DNA of 48,084 bases from a virus (IMGVR_UViG_3300046490_000071:1-48084); one strand, 5' to 3'. Positions 8,605 through 17,507 are shown, numbered from the stretch's first letter. Notes: generated by a model not told the origin, from the letters alone. Numbers and translations are program-made.

Positions 8605-8931
8605 CTACTGTGCGACCGCTATGCCGGCCCACGCCAGTTTGCTGACGATGTGGATAGCTTGGTCCGTGTTGAAGTTGATCTTTCCGCGACACTTCAGATC
8701 GTCCGTGATCCAGTGGACGCAGAACTCGGAAACCGCCAAGCAAATGCTCCCCGTGATAACCCCGACGAAGCCAGCCTGGATGATGGAATGCGCCGCAAGC
8801 GCCTGCCACCACGGCACACCGACGATGGGTGCCGTGCGGTTCTTGGCGCGGGCCAGGAAGTCACCCTGTAGCGGATAGTCCGCCAGCATGTGGCCGAAGA
8901 CCAACAGCGCTAGGATATTGGTGTAGTGCAT
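8605..8931 (-). CDS. DUF3307-like membrane protein
   Basis: HMLADYPLQ...H...HWITD...DQAIH motif set. Confidence 0.8.
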   Translation of the reverse strand: MHYTNILALLVFGHMLADYPLQGDFLARAKNRTAPIVGVPWWQALAAHSIIQAGFVGVITGSICLAVSEFCVHWITDDLKCRGKINFNTDQAIHIVSKLAWAGIAVAQ

Positions 8932-8941
8932 GTCCGCTCCC

Positions 8942-9199
8942 CTAGTAGATGTCGTTATCGTGGCAAGAAATGCCACAGAAGATGCATTTGGTTCCGTCTT
9001 TTATCGGCGTGATGTGGTCAATCATCGGATTGTCCTTGTGGCCGCACGACCACGTGCGTTTGCGGAGCCCAAGGCTATCGAGAAGTTCCACCGCCTCACG
9101 CTCAGCGGTATTGACCGCGTCAATCGCTGACCACTTCGCGCCGTAGGCTTCGCGCAGTTTGGTCAGCGTCGGAATAATCTTTTCGACAACCGCGTCCAT
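8942..9199 (-). CDS. Hypothetical protein
   Basis: 85 aa ORF with GGAG SD; C-terminal CGH and CIFC. Confidence 0.6.
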   Translation of the reverse strand: MDAVVEKIIPTLTKLREAYGAKWSAIDAVNTAEREAVELLDSLGLRKRTWSCGHKDNPMIDHITPIKDGTKCIFCGISCHDNDIY

Positions 9200-9208
9200 A
9201 GCCGCTCC

Positions 9209-9853
9209 CTATTTCAGTTTCGTTTTCGGACCAGCATCGGCCCCGCGCTTTCCGAAAGCACGATAGAGCGACGGCTGCGTCCAATCCATTCCAAATCCCT
9301 GTTCCTGGCCAAGCGCCACGATCTTCGCGACGATCTCGTCCGTCTTCAGATGCAACAGGCTCTTGTCGAACCAAATCGACTTGGCCAGATCGTTCGGAAG
9401 CCGCTGCTTCCGCCGACGCTTCGACGCGACCTTGCCGCCCTTTGATCCGGCGTCATGCGCCGTCATCAGCCCGAAGCCACCGTTAGCCCGCGACCAGCGC
9501 GCCAGAGCCTCGATTGCCATGTGTTGCCCGTCATGCGGCGGCAGCGACACGCGGCCTGCGCGGCCTTCCTGGATGACTACGGGGTGCTTTTTCGCGGATA
9601 GGTCTTTGAGCAGGAGGACGAGTTTGTCGCGGTTGTCGGTTAGCACGGTCAGATCAGCGACCCAAAGCCTGCTGTCACTACGTTGGGCACCGAAAGCGCT
9701 CTCCCGCACCTCGGTAATCTCACCGGTCTTTTCAATGTGGCGGCTACGTTTCCCGACGCCGTCGCGGTCAGCCATGGCTAATTGCTCGGCCAAAGGCAGG
9801 TTTGTAATCTTGCGGAAATACCCGATGAGCAACAATGTTTCAGACTTTCTCAC
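9209..9853 (-). CDS. Degenerate serine resolvase/invertase-like protein with C-terminal HTH-like region (start uncertain: 9853 GTG or 9922 ATG)
   Basis: IGYFRKIT..EQ...G....HIEK.G...R....R.D..LWVADLTVL....L..LL..L..K follows the resolvase N-terminal pattern without the catalytic Ser and the DRL.R motif; ends ..SLYRAF. Confidence 0.55.
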   Translation of the reverse strand: MRKSETLLLIGYFRKITNLPLAEQLAMADRDGVGKRSRHIEKTGEITEVRESAFGAQRSDSRLWVADLTVLTDNRDKLVLLLKDLSAKKHPVVIQEGRAGRVSLPPHDGQHMAIEALARWSRANGGFGLMTAHDAGSKGGKVASKRRRKQRLPNDLAKSIWFDKSLLHLKTDEIVAKIVALGQEQGFGMDWTQPSLYRAFGKRGADAGPKTKLK

Positions 9854-9868
9854 TAGCGCGTCGTGAGA

Positions 9869-9915
9869 AACTTTATCGGCGCTATTGATAAAGTTGTCAA
9901 GCGGGTCTATATCAT
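9869..9915. promoter_or_regulatory. Overlapping divergent promoters with palindromic operator
   Basis: Perfect IR AACTTTATC-N9-GATAAAGTT (9869-9895); TTGACA on the minus strand (9900-9895); TTGATA (9885) and TATCAT (9910) on the plus strand, with TATCAT ending 5 nt before ATG 9921. Confidence 0.6.
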
Positions 9916-9920
9916 CCGCC

Positions 9921-10154
9921 ATGAAAGCCCACGACGTTCGCCACCTCTGCATTTGCCCGGTCTGCAATGATCTTGTGGATGACCGGTATTCCGTGCGCTT
10001 TGGCGATGAGTTCATGCATTCCGCCTGCGCCTACAAGCGCCTCGGAAAGCGCATCCTTGATCTCCCGAGGGTTGAACGGAACAAGTTCAGCCTGGCGATC
10101 GTGGGCGTTAAGATGATGCGGCGACTGATTGAAGCCGCCGACGTTCAAACCTGA
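9921..10154 (+). CDS. Small Zn-finger-like protein, probably leaderless
   Basis: CPVC...HSAC motif; ATG directly after a -10-like box with no SD. Confidence 0.55.
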   Translation: MKAHDVRHLCICPVCNDLVDDRYSVRFGDEFMHSACAYKRLGKRILDLPRVERNKFSLAIVGVKMMRRLIEAADVQT

Positions 10155-10171
10155 TCAGGAAGGGCCGACCC

Positions 10172-10348
10172 GTGGAAATCATCCAGAAGCTTTACCTTGA
10201 ACTCGCCAACGTGGTGCCGCCTGACTGTATTTCTGCCCGTGAGGCCAAGTTGCGCGAGCGGATCGCCGCGGCCGAATTAGCCCTGCACGTCTGGGATGAA
10301 ACCGGCAGTAGTGAGTATTTTGTGCGCTACCCTGAACCGATGAGATGA
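10172..10348 (+). CDS. Hypothetical protein (58 aa)
   Basis: GTG start with AGGAAGGG SD; MEIIQKLYLELANV... Confidence 0.55.
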   Translation: MEIIQKLYLELANVVPPDCISAREAKLRERIAAAELALHVWDETGSSEYFVRYPEPMR

Positions 10349-10364
10349 GGCCGACCACCGTTCC

Positions 10365-10748
10365 ATGACCCGCATTAACTGCGTCCCGCCACCAGAACTA
10401 ACAAACAAGCACCTCGTTGCCGAGTATCACGAACTGCCAAGAATCTTTGGCATGATGCGGCGCTGGCATGCGAAGGGATGGTTGCCCGGCGATCGACGCA
10501 GCAAGGTTCCGGAGAAATTCACGCTCGGAACTGGTCACATGACGTTCTTCATTGACAAGGGCGCGCACCTGATCCGCCGCCAAAGCGAGTTGATTGCAGA
10601 GATGCAGAAGCGCGGAATGAAGCCGCGGTTTACGACCCCCGCCACGCTCTCTGTTGGCCTGTCAGCCGAGTTCATGGGCGAATGGTCACCTGATGCCAGG
10701 GCGCGTATGCTGAGCCGGGCGAGGATTGCAGAGCGGCTTGCAGCGTAA
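10365..10748 (+). CDS. denV: Pyrimidine-dimer DNA glycosylase/AP lyase (T4 endonuclease V family)
   Basis: MTRIN....L..KHLVAEYHELPRIF and FTLGTGHMTFF.DK motifs. Confidence 0.92.
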   Translation: MTRINCVPPPELTNKHLVAEYHELPRIFGMMRRWHAKGWLPGDRRSKVPEKFTLGTGHMTFFIDKGAHLIRRQSELIAEMQKRGMKPRFTTPATLSVGLSAEFMGEWSPDARARMLSRARIAERLAA

Positions 10749-10771
10749 AGGAAAAAAAAGTCCACAGCGGC

Positions 10772-11188
10772 TCAGCGCCACGACTTCTGCCGTTTTGGGA
10801 ACGGCCTATGCTGACTTCTAAACCCGTGCGATTTCCATCGACGTTTTGGCTTCGGCTTATTCTCGCCGCGCAACGTCCTGATCTTTCCCGCCATGTGCGC
10901 GTCGCTTCCGACGCTGGTATGCAGCTTGCCGGCGGTCTTGAGCCGATCTGATTCTACGCACCGAGCGATGATGTGGTCCGGATCGAGCTGCGGCGGGTCG
11001 TAGTCCGTTCCCGCGGCGTTGACCGCGCGGAACTCGATCGCCGGCTGGTGGTCGAATCGCGTTGTCTTTCGGTGCTTGCGCCATTCGACGCGACGGCCGC
11101 AGCCGCATGTGCATAGGCCGCGCTGGCGTTCCACGACCGCGCGCTTAACGCGATCTGGAATTGCCTTGCGCTTCGGGCGATCGATCAT
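10772..11188 (-). CDS. HNH-like endonuclease-fold protein (degenerate)
   Basis: RKAIP..VK..V..RQ.G.CTCGCG...FDH.PA...C...KT; basic C-terminus. Confidence 0.6.
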   Translation of the reverse strand: MIDRPKRKAIPDRVKRAVVERQRGLCTCGCGRRVEWRKHRKTTRFDHQPAIEFRAVNAAGTDYDPPQLDPDHIIARCVESDRLKTAGKLHTSVGSDAHMAGKIRTLRGENKPKPKRRWKSHGFRSQHRPFPKRQKSWR

Positions 11189-11901
11189 GCCGCTCGCATC
11201 TTCAGCCAGTGCTTCGCGTTGGCATTGATGTCCCGGTCCATGTCGCTCTTGTCGACGATCCACTGGAGATAGTCGGTCGGGACGTCATCCCACTTTGCGC
11301 CCTTATGCTTTCCGAAGTTCACGCGCGGCAGCAGCGCTGGGCCGTTCGACCAGCGAACCATGTCGTCGATCGACGCCTTGCCGGATTTAATTTCCTTGGC
11401 GAGAAGGTGCGCGGTTACATAGGCGTCAGGCCCGGCACGATGCGGAGGCATGCCCAACGCTTCGTTGCCCAGATCGAGCGGCAGGAAATACCGAAGAAAT
11501 TGGTTGCCGTGATGGGACGCCTCCGGCCAGATACGGAGGGCGGCCTTGTATGTGCAGATCCACGGCTTCGGCGCTTCGCAGAACTTGCGCTCGAAATCTG
11601 CGTTGTGCGCGGCGTAGTAGTCCACCGGGTAAGCGAATAGGTCCGCCAAGACATCGTCCGGGGACGGCTTTCCGGCAAGGTCCACATCCTTGATATGATG
11701 CACTGCGCACGCCTCCGGCGGCATCGGGCGGCCCGGGTTGCATAGGCGGGAGCCAATGCCGTCAGCCTCCATTGCGATCCGCGTGCTTCCGTCATCCAGC
11801 ATGGCAAGGTCACACCATCCGACTTCGCAGGCCGACGCGCCACCCTCGACTTCCGGCATCCCTGTCGTTTCGAAATCGACAACACGGATCAGCGCGCTCA
11901 T
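11185..11901 (-). CDS. DEDDh 3'-5' exonuclease (ExoX-like) with C-terminal FGKHKG domain
   Basis: VVDFETTG, AHNADFE, HRAGPDA, FGKHKG..W..VP.DYL.W. Confidence 0.9.
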   Translation of the reverse strand: MSALIRVVDFETTGMPEVEGGASACEVGWCDLAMLDDGSTRIAMEADGIGSRLCNPGRPMPPEACAVHHIKDVDLAGKPSPDDVLADLFAYPVDYYAAHNADFERKFCEAPKPWICTYKAALRIWPEASHHGNQFLRYFLPLDLGNEALGMPPHRAGPDAYVTAHLLAKEIKSGKASIDDMVRWSNGPALLPRVNFGKHKGAKWDDVPTDYLQWIVDKSDMDRDINANAKHWLKMRAA

Positions 11902-12167
11902 CCGCCGGTTCCGGTCTTCAGCCGCGGCGCATCCAAGATGTTGCAGACCGCGGACAGAGCGTCGCGATATCCTTCCGTCATTTCGTCCTTGGAAAGCCCC
12001 ATCAGGCGCCGCAGCGGCCAGCCCTTGCCGGAAGGATTCACGGGGCCGTGCTCGCGGTCCCGCGCAATCCAAATTCTGTCGCGATAAGCCTCGACACTGC
12101 CATCGTGCTCGCGCATATACATCAGCGTGGCGCGCGCGGACGATGAATGTTCGGTGTGGTCGATCAT
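11898..12167 (-). CDS. Hypothetical protein
   Basis: ORF coupled to its neighbours by ATGA overlap. Confidence 0.55.
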   Translation of the reverse strand: MIDHTEHSSSARATLMYMREHDGSVEAYRDRIWIARDREHGPVNPSGKGWPLRRLMGLSKDEMTEGYRDALSAVCNILDAPRLKTGTGG

Positions 12168-12172
12168 CGCCT

Positions 12173-12445
12173 TTATCCCTTCCTGTCGACGAGCTGCGCC
12201 AGCGTGCATCCCAGGATATCAGCCAAACGAGACAACGTCTCGACCGGGATTCCATTTTCGCCCAGCTCGTACCGGCTGATCTGACCTTCCGAGATGTCGG
12301 CCTCTTTGGCAACGTCAAGCATCGACATGCCCGCGATCTTGCGTCGGGCCCGGATGCGCTCGCCGAGTTCCTTGTCGAACGCGCGCGCGTCACCAGATCT
12401 TGTGCGGACAAAGCGTTCAGCTTGCCGGCCTCGAGGTTTGCTCAT
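12173..12445 (-). CDS. XRE-family HTH transcriptional regulator
   Basis: LGERIRARRKIAGMS..DVA..ADIS..QISRYELG.N..P...L..LA..LG. Confidence 0.9.
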   Translation of the reverse strand: MSKPRGRQAERFVRTRSGDARAFDKELGERIRARRKIAGMSMLDVAKEADISEGQISRYELGENGIPVETLSRLADILGCTLAQLVDRKG

Positions 12446-13743
12446 TTGCCCCGCGCATTCTTGCCAGCCGCCATGATCTGCTTGTTCCGAGTGTTGCAAA
12501 GGTCATTGAATTCGGTCTCCTTGTCGGCATCGCCGGAGAGTTGCGGCAGAACTTCATCCTGGAGATCGGTGACGTCGCACACGCTGTTGAGCATCTCGAG
12601 CGCCGCCTTCTGATCCTTGTACCAGTCTTCGAAAGCGCTGCTTGCCGTGGGTGGTTCAGTCTCAACGACTGGCTCGGGTTTTGCGGCGGGTTTGGTTTCT
12701 GCCGGCGTCTGCGGCTGCGGTGCTGGTGTGTTGTCCTCCACCGGAGCGAACCCGGTGTTCCCGCACCGCGGGCAGGCACCCTCTGGCTCAACATCAAAAT
12801 GCTCGTCGCATGTAGTGCAGGTGACGTTTTCGGCTCGCGGGGCTGACGGCTTTTCTGCTGGCGTAGGTGCTGACGGTGTCGGGGCAGCGCTCCCGCCACT
12901 TGGCGCCACGGGCTTGTCAGGCGTCTTGGTGGGCCGTTCGAACTCGCTTCGCTGCGGCCGCGGGGGCGTCGCGACGGTTGTCGGCTGTATCTGAACGGGG
13001 GCGGCGTCAATCGTCTTTCCGTACATTTCCTCAGCGCTGTACTCATTGCCGAGTTCCTCGGGGAATGCCGCACGAAGAGCGGCGGCCTCGGTGCACTTCT
13101 CGAGCTGCCCGCTGCGCCTGTCCGCCCACATATCATTCGGCACTTCGCTGAACTTCGACTTCGCCGCATAGGCTTCAAGCCAATAGACCTTGGGACCGAC
13201 AAACGCGCACCGCTGGCCCTGTACCATCCGATAAACGGTGATCTGGCACCATTCAGGGAACGTCAGCGTTGCCGTTTCCTTGACCGCATCATTGCGATCG
13301 TCGACGTGCTTGAACTCCTTGGTGATGTCGGGCCCGAACACGGCCGCGTCCTTGCCGGCGTAGACACCTGTGCGCACCGCCGTCGTGCGCAGTTCGGAAA
13401 TTCCCGGCCAAATCGTCTCCACCTCACCGCCGGTGCCGTTCGGGCCTCCGGTCTTCGACCAGACCGGGACGATGTGGATAGGGCGCTTGAGCGGATCCAG
13501 GTTCCGGCTCTTGCAGTAGGAGATCGCAAGGCACACGGACTCGACCGTCTTCGCCGACGGCCACACCGCATCGATCAGGACTTGCCATGTGCGCTGATCA
13601 ATTCCGGCATATTCTTCAAGCGTGCGCGGATAGGGCAGACGCAACTTCATCGATCCGGACGCAGCCGGTACGAGTTCGTTTCTGGATTCCACCTGTGGCG
13701 CGACTTGCGCCGTGACGTCTTTCGTTTTTGCGGCTGTTGCCAT
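12442..13743 (-). CDS. bet: Single-strand annealing recombinase (Bet/RecT family)
   Basis: YCKSRNLDPLKRPIHIVP, GISELRTTA.RTG.YAG, KCTEAAALRAAFPEELG..YS.EEM; long Pro-rich tail with a Zn ribbon. Confidence 0.85.
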   Translation of the reverse strand: MATAAKTKDVTAQVAPQVESRNELVPAASGSMKLRLPYPRTLEEYAGIDQRTWQVLIDAVWPSAKTVESVCLAISYCKSRNLDPLKRPIHIVPVWSKTGGPNGTGGEVETIWPGISELRTTAVRTGVYAGKDAAVFGPDITKEFKHVDDRNDAVKETATLTFPEWCQITVYRMVQGQRCAFVGPKVYWLEAYAAKSKFSEVPNDMWADRRSGQLEKCTEAAALRAAFPEELGNEYSAEEMYGKTIDAAPVQIQPTTVATPPRPQRSEFERPTKTPDKPVAPSGGSAAPTPSAPTPAEKPSAPRAENVTCTTCDEHFDVEPEGACPRCGNTGFAPVEDNTPAPQPQTPAETKPAAKPEPVVETEPPTASSAFEDWYKDQKAALEMLNSVCDVTDLQDEVLPQLSGDADKETEFNDLCNTRNKQIMAAGKNARGK

Positions 13744-13744
13744 A

Positions 13745-13978
13745 TCAAGATTCCTTTATATCCCATCCGACCTGTTTCGATATCCGCGGAGTGAACCCGC
13801 CGAGTTCTTTGTAGCGGGCGGATATGCGGTTCATGATCGGCAGTTCACGTTCCAGTGCAGCGTCGAAACTGTCTGTTCCGGCTGCGGCGATTCCCGGCGA
13901 CGGAAGAAACCGATACCAGCGGCAGATTTGCGTCCTGCTCGCGGACTCGACTTCTTCCATGGTCGGGTACGGCATCAT
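13745..13978 (-). CDS. Hypothetical protein
   Basis: YPT.EEVE.A...ICRWYRFLPSPG...GGFTP.ISK.VGW; ATGA overlap. Confidence 0.6.
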   Translation of the reverse strand: MMPYPTMEEVESASRTQICRWYRFLPSPGIAAAGTDSFDAALERELPIMNRISARYKELGGFTPRISKQVGWDIKES

Positions 13979-15462
13979 GCGCGAATCGCGAGACCGCGCT
14001 CCCATATAAACACAACACCGGGCAGCGCCGTATCTGTCGCGCGCTCTCCTTCAAAGCTTCCGCGGTGCGCTACCATCCATTGATGGACGGAGCCTTGGAG
14101 TGCGTCTGCGGTGAAATGTGGTCCTAATGGCCCGCATACCGCTCGCAGCGCGTTCTCGTCCGTGATATTTGCCGTCCAGTGTCCAGTCTGAGACGAAACC
14201 GCCGAATACTCTCCACGAACTGTTCCGTCGCCTGTTGCCGTTTCTTGTCTTTTTTCAAGGCGGCTGACCCGATTCTCAGTACGTTCGGCTTGCTGAGTGG
14301 TGTCCTTTACCGCTCTGGCAGATTCCTTCATGCCCGCGTAAGCCGAACGGCCAAGTGTGCGGGCCTCGCCGATGCTGCCCTTTGTATCTCTTTCGAGGGC
14401 TTTTGCAGTATCGACCGCTGCGTCGGCTGCTTCGCGTGCCTTACGCTGATCGTAAAGACGCAATTCCTCACGAGCATCAGACCACATGCGGTCTTCGGCG
14501 CGTTCGCGAGCTGCGGCATCTTCCGCCAAGCGAGCTTTCTCGCGTTTGGCGCGTTCCCGTTTGTTCGACCGCTCCTCGAATCCGGTGCGCATTTCTCCGA
14601 GACGAGTCTTGACGCCGTCGAGTTCAGTGCGCTGCTCATCGTCGAGAAGCAGAGACGCATTCAATGGCACGGTCAACGTGCTGAGCAATCCAGCCGGCTT
14701 GATGATCTCGTCGAGTTGCGCCATTTCATCGTCGTCGGCTTCATCAGCCTCGACCAAAAGATGAAGCTTCTCGGCGGCTTTCATGCTGGCGCGAATTGAG
14801 CGAAATGTCTGTGTGTTGCGGTCGCGCTCTTCGCGGTCGCGCCTTTTCTTTTCTTCTTCGAGCGCGCGCTGCTTGTTGCGTTCCTCTTCGGCAAGCGCTT
14901 CCGCCGCTATGCGATCTCGCTCTTGATCTTCGAGCCGCTTGCGCGCGGCAGCTTCGTTGAACTCTGCCAATTCTTTGAGCGCTTCGGCATAGAGCGCGTC
15001 CATCTTGAGTTCTTCGGCCTTCAGGCGCAACCGTTCCGCCTCTTCTTGTTGGCGATCGATTTCCTGTTGACGGGCAGCAGCAGCTTCAGATTCCTTCTTG
15101 TCCTGCCACACCTTCAGAATAGGCCGCCACTTTTCGTCCCATGATTGGAGTTTGTCCTCGCCATTTACGAAAAAATTCTGGATGATTCCGATCACCGTAT
15201 TCCACGGCTTCTTCTCGTCGGCGCGGAAAGCTTTCCACGATTTGCGCAGCTTGCCGATCTTGCCGAGATTATCCGCCAAAGCCTTGGCAGTATCTTCGCT
15301 TTCGATGACGGCCGGCATTGTCTTGAGCGCCTCTTCCATTTCGTCTATCTCGCGTTTGACCTCGGGATAGCGCGCTTCAAGATCACCGCGGACAGACTCG
15401 TCGCTCGGCACAACAACAGGAGGAAGATTGTGCCCTATGGGCGCTGCGGATTCACTGGTCAT
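13975..15462 (-). CDS. Long coiled-coil protein in the recombination module
   Basis: IGHNLPP start, long E/K/R-rich helix, ends LPGVVF; located between the 5' nuclease and Bet. Confidence 0.7.
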   Translation of the reverse strand: MTSESAAPIGHNLPPVVVPSDESVRGDLEARYPEVKREIDEMEEALKTMPAVIESEDTAKALADNLGKIGKLRKSWKAFRADEKKPWNTVIGIIQNFFVNGEDKLQSWDEKWRPILKVWQDKKESEAAAARQQEIDRQQEEAERLRLKAEELKMDALYAEALKELAEFNEAAARKRLEDQERDRIAAEALAEEERNKQRALEEEKKRRDREERDRNTQTFRSIRASMKAAEKLHLLVEADEADDDEMAQLDEIIKPAGLLSTLTVPLNASLLLDDEQRTELDGVKTRLGEMRTGFEERSNKRERAKREKARLAEDAAARERAEDRMWSDAREELRLYDQRKAREAADAAVDTAKALERDTKGSIGEARTLGRSAYAGMKESARAVKDTTQQAERTENRVSRLEKRQETATGDGTVRGEYSAVSSQTGHWTANITDENALRAVCGPLGPHFTADALQGSVHQWMVAHRGSFEGERATDTALPGVVFIWERGLAIRA

Positions 15463-16766
15463 GACGTTGTTCCTCTCCGTTGATGTGGGTTATGTCGAGC
15501 GGGCATTTTCAAAATGTCCACCGGTTTATCGGGGTGCGCCTTGGGATGATCGGGCTGATAGACCTTCAGCCATTCACCGTCGGCGATCTCGAATTTGTAG
15601 GTGGCCTCGGTGATCGGGTTCCCGAACAGCCATTGCCATTCTGAGAACGGGTCGCGGGGCTTCCCGGCCACTTCGCAGCGCAGCATGTCCCGGTCCAGCG
15701 GCTTGCCGGTCACGGGATCGGCCGCGCGCTCCCGCCAGATGCGCGCCGGGACGAATGGGCACCGGCGGGCTAGGCGACGCTGATAGAACCCGCATTGTGG
15801 CTCGTCGGGCACCGGCTGGCGGGACGCGAGTAGCTCTTCCTTCCACCATGCCATAGGGTCGGCTACGCGGGGCACGGAGCGGGGGGCAGCGCAGTCCAGG
15901 TGGAAGATAGCCTCGAAGTGCGCCGACGCCTCCAGGGCCTTGCAGATGGCCACAAGGTGGCTCCTGACGGCCGGCTGGGCCCGAAGTTCATCCCAGTTCA
16001 CCTTGAGCGGGACATTTCTGCGAAGCGTTGTCAGTTTCAGGTAGAGCCGGGCGTCGGCGGCGTGACGCTTCAATTGGCTGCGGACCTGCGGCCAGCGGCA
16101 TTCGTCGGTGTGGCGGAGCACCTCGGCCAGCGAGCCAAAACGTCGCACCAGGGCGGCCGCGCGCTCCATCCCCAGCCCAGGGATGCCGGGAATGCCATCG
16201 ATCGCGTCGCCCGCAAGCGCTTGAACGTCCGCCACGAGCGCGGGCGGCACGCCCATCTTTCTTTCGATATCCGCGGCGAGCATGCGGCGCTTGGCCATCG
16301 GGTCGACAATTTCGATGGAGTCGTCCACGACCATTTGTCCGAAATCCTTGTCGCTGCTGACGATTGTGACCCTCTTTCCGGCCCGGACTGCTAGATGCGC
16401 AAGAGTTGCGACAACATCGTCAGCCTCGAATCCGGCGCATTCCATGCGCGCCAGCCCGAGGGTTTCGGCAGCATGGCGGATCATCGGGAGCTGCTCGTCG
16501 ATTTCGATCCGGCGCGCGGGCTCTCGGTTCGCCTTATATGCCGGAAAAAGCTTGTGCCTGAAGTTCTTTCCCGGCGCGTCGAACACGGCCACGGCGTGCG
16601 TCGGCGGGTCAGCTTGGGCGGCGCCGAGCATTTTCCAGACCATGCTCATGAATCCCAGTACGGCGCCTGTGGGGGCCCCGTCGCTGGCGCGCGACCATGC
16701 CGGCCAAGCGTAATAGGCTCTAAAAGCAAAGCCGCTGGAGTCTATCAGGAGTACGTGGTCCGTCAT
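15459..16766 (-). CDS. 5'-3' exonuclease/flap nuclease (PolI 5' nuclease family) with C-terminal extension
   Basis: LLIDSSGFAFRAYY, VFD, FRHKLFPAYKANR, EADD, SSDKD, ALAGDAIDGIPGIPGLG. Confidence 0.9.
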   Translation of the reverse strand: MTDHVLLIDSSGFAFRAYYAWPAWSRASDGAPTGAVLGFMSMVWKMLGAAQADPPTHAVAVFDAPGKNFRHKLFPAYKANREPARRIEIDEQLPMIRHAAETLGLARMECAGFEADDVVATLAHLAVRAGKRVTIVSSDKDFGQMVVDDSIEIVDPMAKRRMLAADIERKMGVPPALVADVQALAGDAIDGIPGIPGLGMERAAALVRRFGSLAEVLRHTDECRWPQVRSQLKRHAADARLYLKLTTLRRNVPLKVNWDELRAQPAVRSHLVAICKALEASAHFEAIFHLDCAAPRSVPRVADPMAWWKEELLASRQPVPDEPQCGFYQRRLARRCPFVPARIWRERAADPVTGKPLDRDMLRCEVAGKPRDPFSEWQWLFGNPITEATYKFEIADGEWLKVYQPDHPKAHPDKPVDILKMPARHNPHQRRGTTS

Positions 16767-16846
16767 GCGGGCAGCATCAAAATCACGGCCGCAAAGCCGG
16801 CCCAGACGCCAGCGGCGGCAGCGAGAACCAGAAGCCAGCCGTTCAT
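16763..16846 (-). CDS. 27 aa hydrophobic peptide
   Basis: SD AGGAG; ATGA overlaps at both ends; MNGWLLVLAAAAGVWAGFAAVILMLPA. Confidence 0.5.
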   Translation of the reverse strand: MNGWLLVLAAAAGVWAGFAAVILMLPA

Positions 16847-17007
16847 CGGGCCAACTCCTGCACCGAGACGGCTAGAACAGTGACGACCCATATCGCGGCG
16901 TAGAGCAGCGGCACGCCTACCACGACAAATATCCCGGTCCCGAGCGGCCCGTATGGCCAGCCGTAGCGGTTCTGCATGCGCTTCCATGCGTTCGGCGGCT
17001 TCGTCAT
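16843..17007 (-). CDS. Small membrane protein
   Basis: SD GGAGGG; GIFVVVGVPLLYAAIWVVTVLAV. Confidence 0.55.
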   Translation of the reverse strand: MTKPPNAWKRMQNRYGWPYGPLGTGIFVVVGVPLLYAAIWVVTVLAVSVQELAR

Positions 17008-17040
17008 CGGCAATCCCTCCGGCGTCGAATCTCTGCGCGC

Positions 17041-17118
17041 ACCATGGCCCCGTCTCGCGCGATATGCAAGCGGCAAAATGCGGCAGCGCTTTACAGGCGA
17101 CAAGCGGGAGCCTATGTT
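17041..17118. promoter_or_regulatory. Divergent sigma70-like promoters at the leftward/rightward switch point
   Basis: Plus: TTTACA(17090)-17 bp-TATGTT(17113). Minus: TTGCAT(17069)-17 bp-CATGGT(17046). Confidence 0.55.
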
Positions 17119-17166
17119 GCCGCCCGTGATTTGCACAAGATATAGCGTGCAGACAAGGAGTAAAAC

Positions 17167-17373
17167 ATGCTGGACCGCTATACAGGAGTGGATGTTTCCA
17201 AATCCGGGCCTTCACTGCCTTTGATATGGAGGTGGGATGTGTTTGGCGCTTGTGCTTCCGAAATCGCAAATGATACGGCACTGATGACTATAGGCACGCC
17301 ATACAATGTTCCGCTGTGGCGGCGGATTATCACACGTATTTTGTTGGGGTCACGCTGGACTCGGCTTTCATAA
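17167..17373 (+). CDS. Hypothetical protein
   Basis: Strong AAGGAG SD 6 nt before the ATG. Confidence 0.55.
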   Translation: MLDRYTGVDVSKSGPSLPLIWRWDVFGACASEIANDTALMTIGTPYNVPLWRRIITRILLGSRWTRLS

Positions 17374-17377
17374 GAGG

Positions 17378-17503
17378 ATGCCGACGATGATGCTGTTTAT
17401 CTTAGGCGTTTGGTTTGGCGGCTTTCTCGTCGCATTTGCTTGGTGGCACGAAGACGCCCGGTCACTTGTCGCATTCGTGCGACGCGAACTCTTAAGGCTT
17501 TGA
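17378..17503 (+). CDS. Small membrane protein
   Basis: MLFILGVWFGGFLVAFAWW. Confidence 0.45.
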   Translation: MPTMMLFILGVWFGGFLVAFAWWHEDARSLVAFVRRELLRL

Positions 17504-17507
17504 AACA

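Noticed and set aside
9920-9923. Two divergent genes sharing overlapping start codons in CATG
   Set aside because: Possible, but the promoter boxes and operator at 9869-9915 and the resolvase-like alignment favour a later start (about 9853) for the minus gene.
10752-10759. A8 run after denV as a phase-variation site
   Set aside because: It is intergenic between convergent stops and affects no reading frame.
9869-10770. Invertible segment flipped by the resolvase-like protein
   Set aside because: No matching recombination site seen at the right end, and the catalytic residues appear lost.
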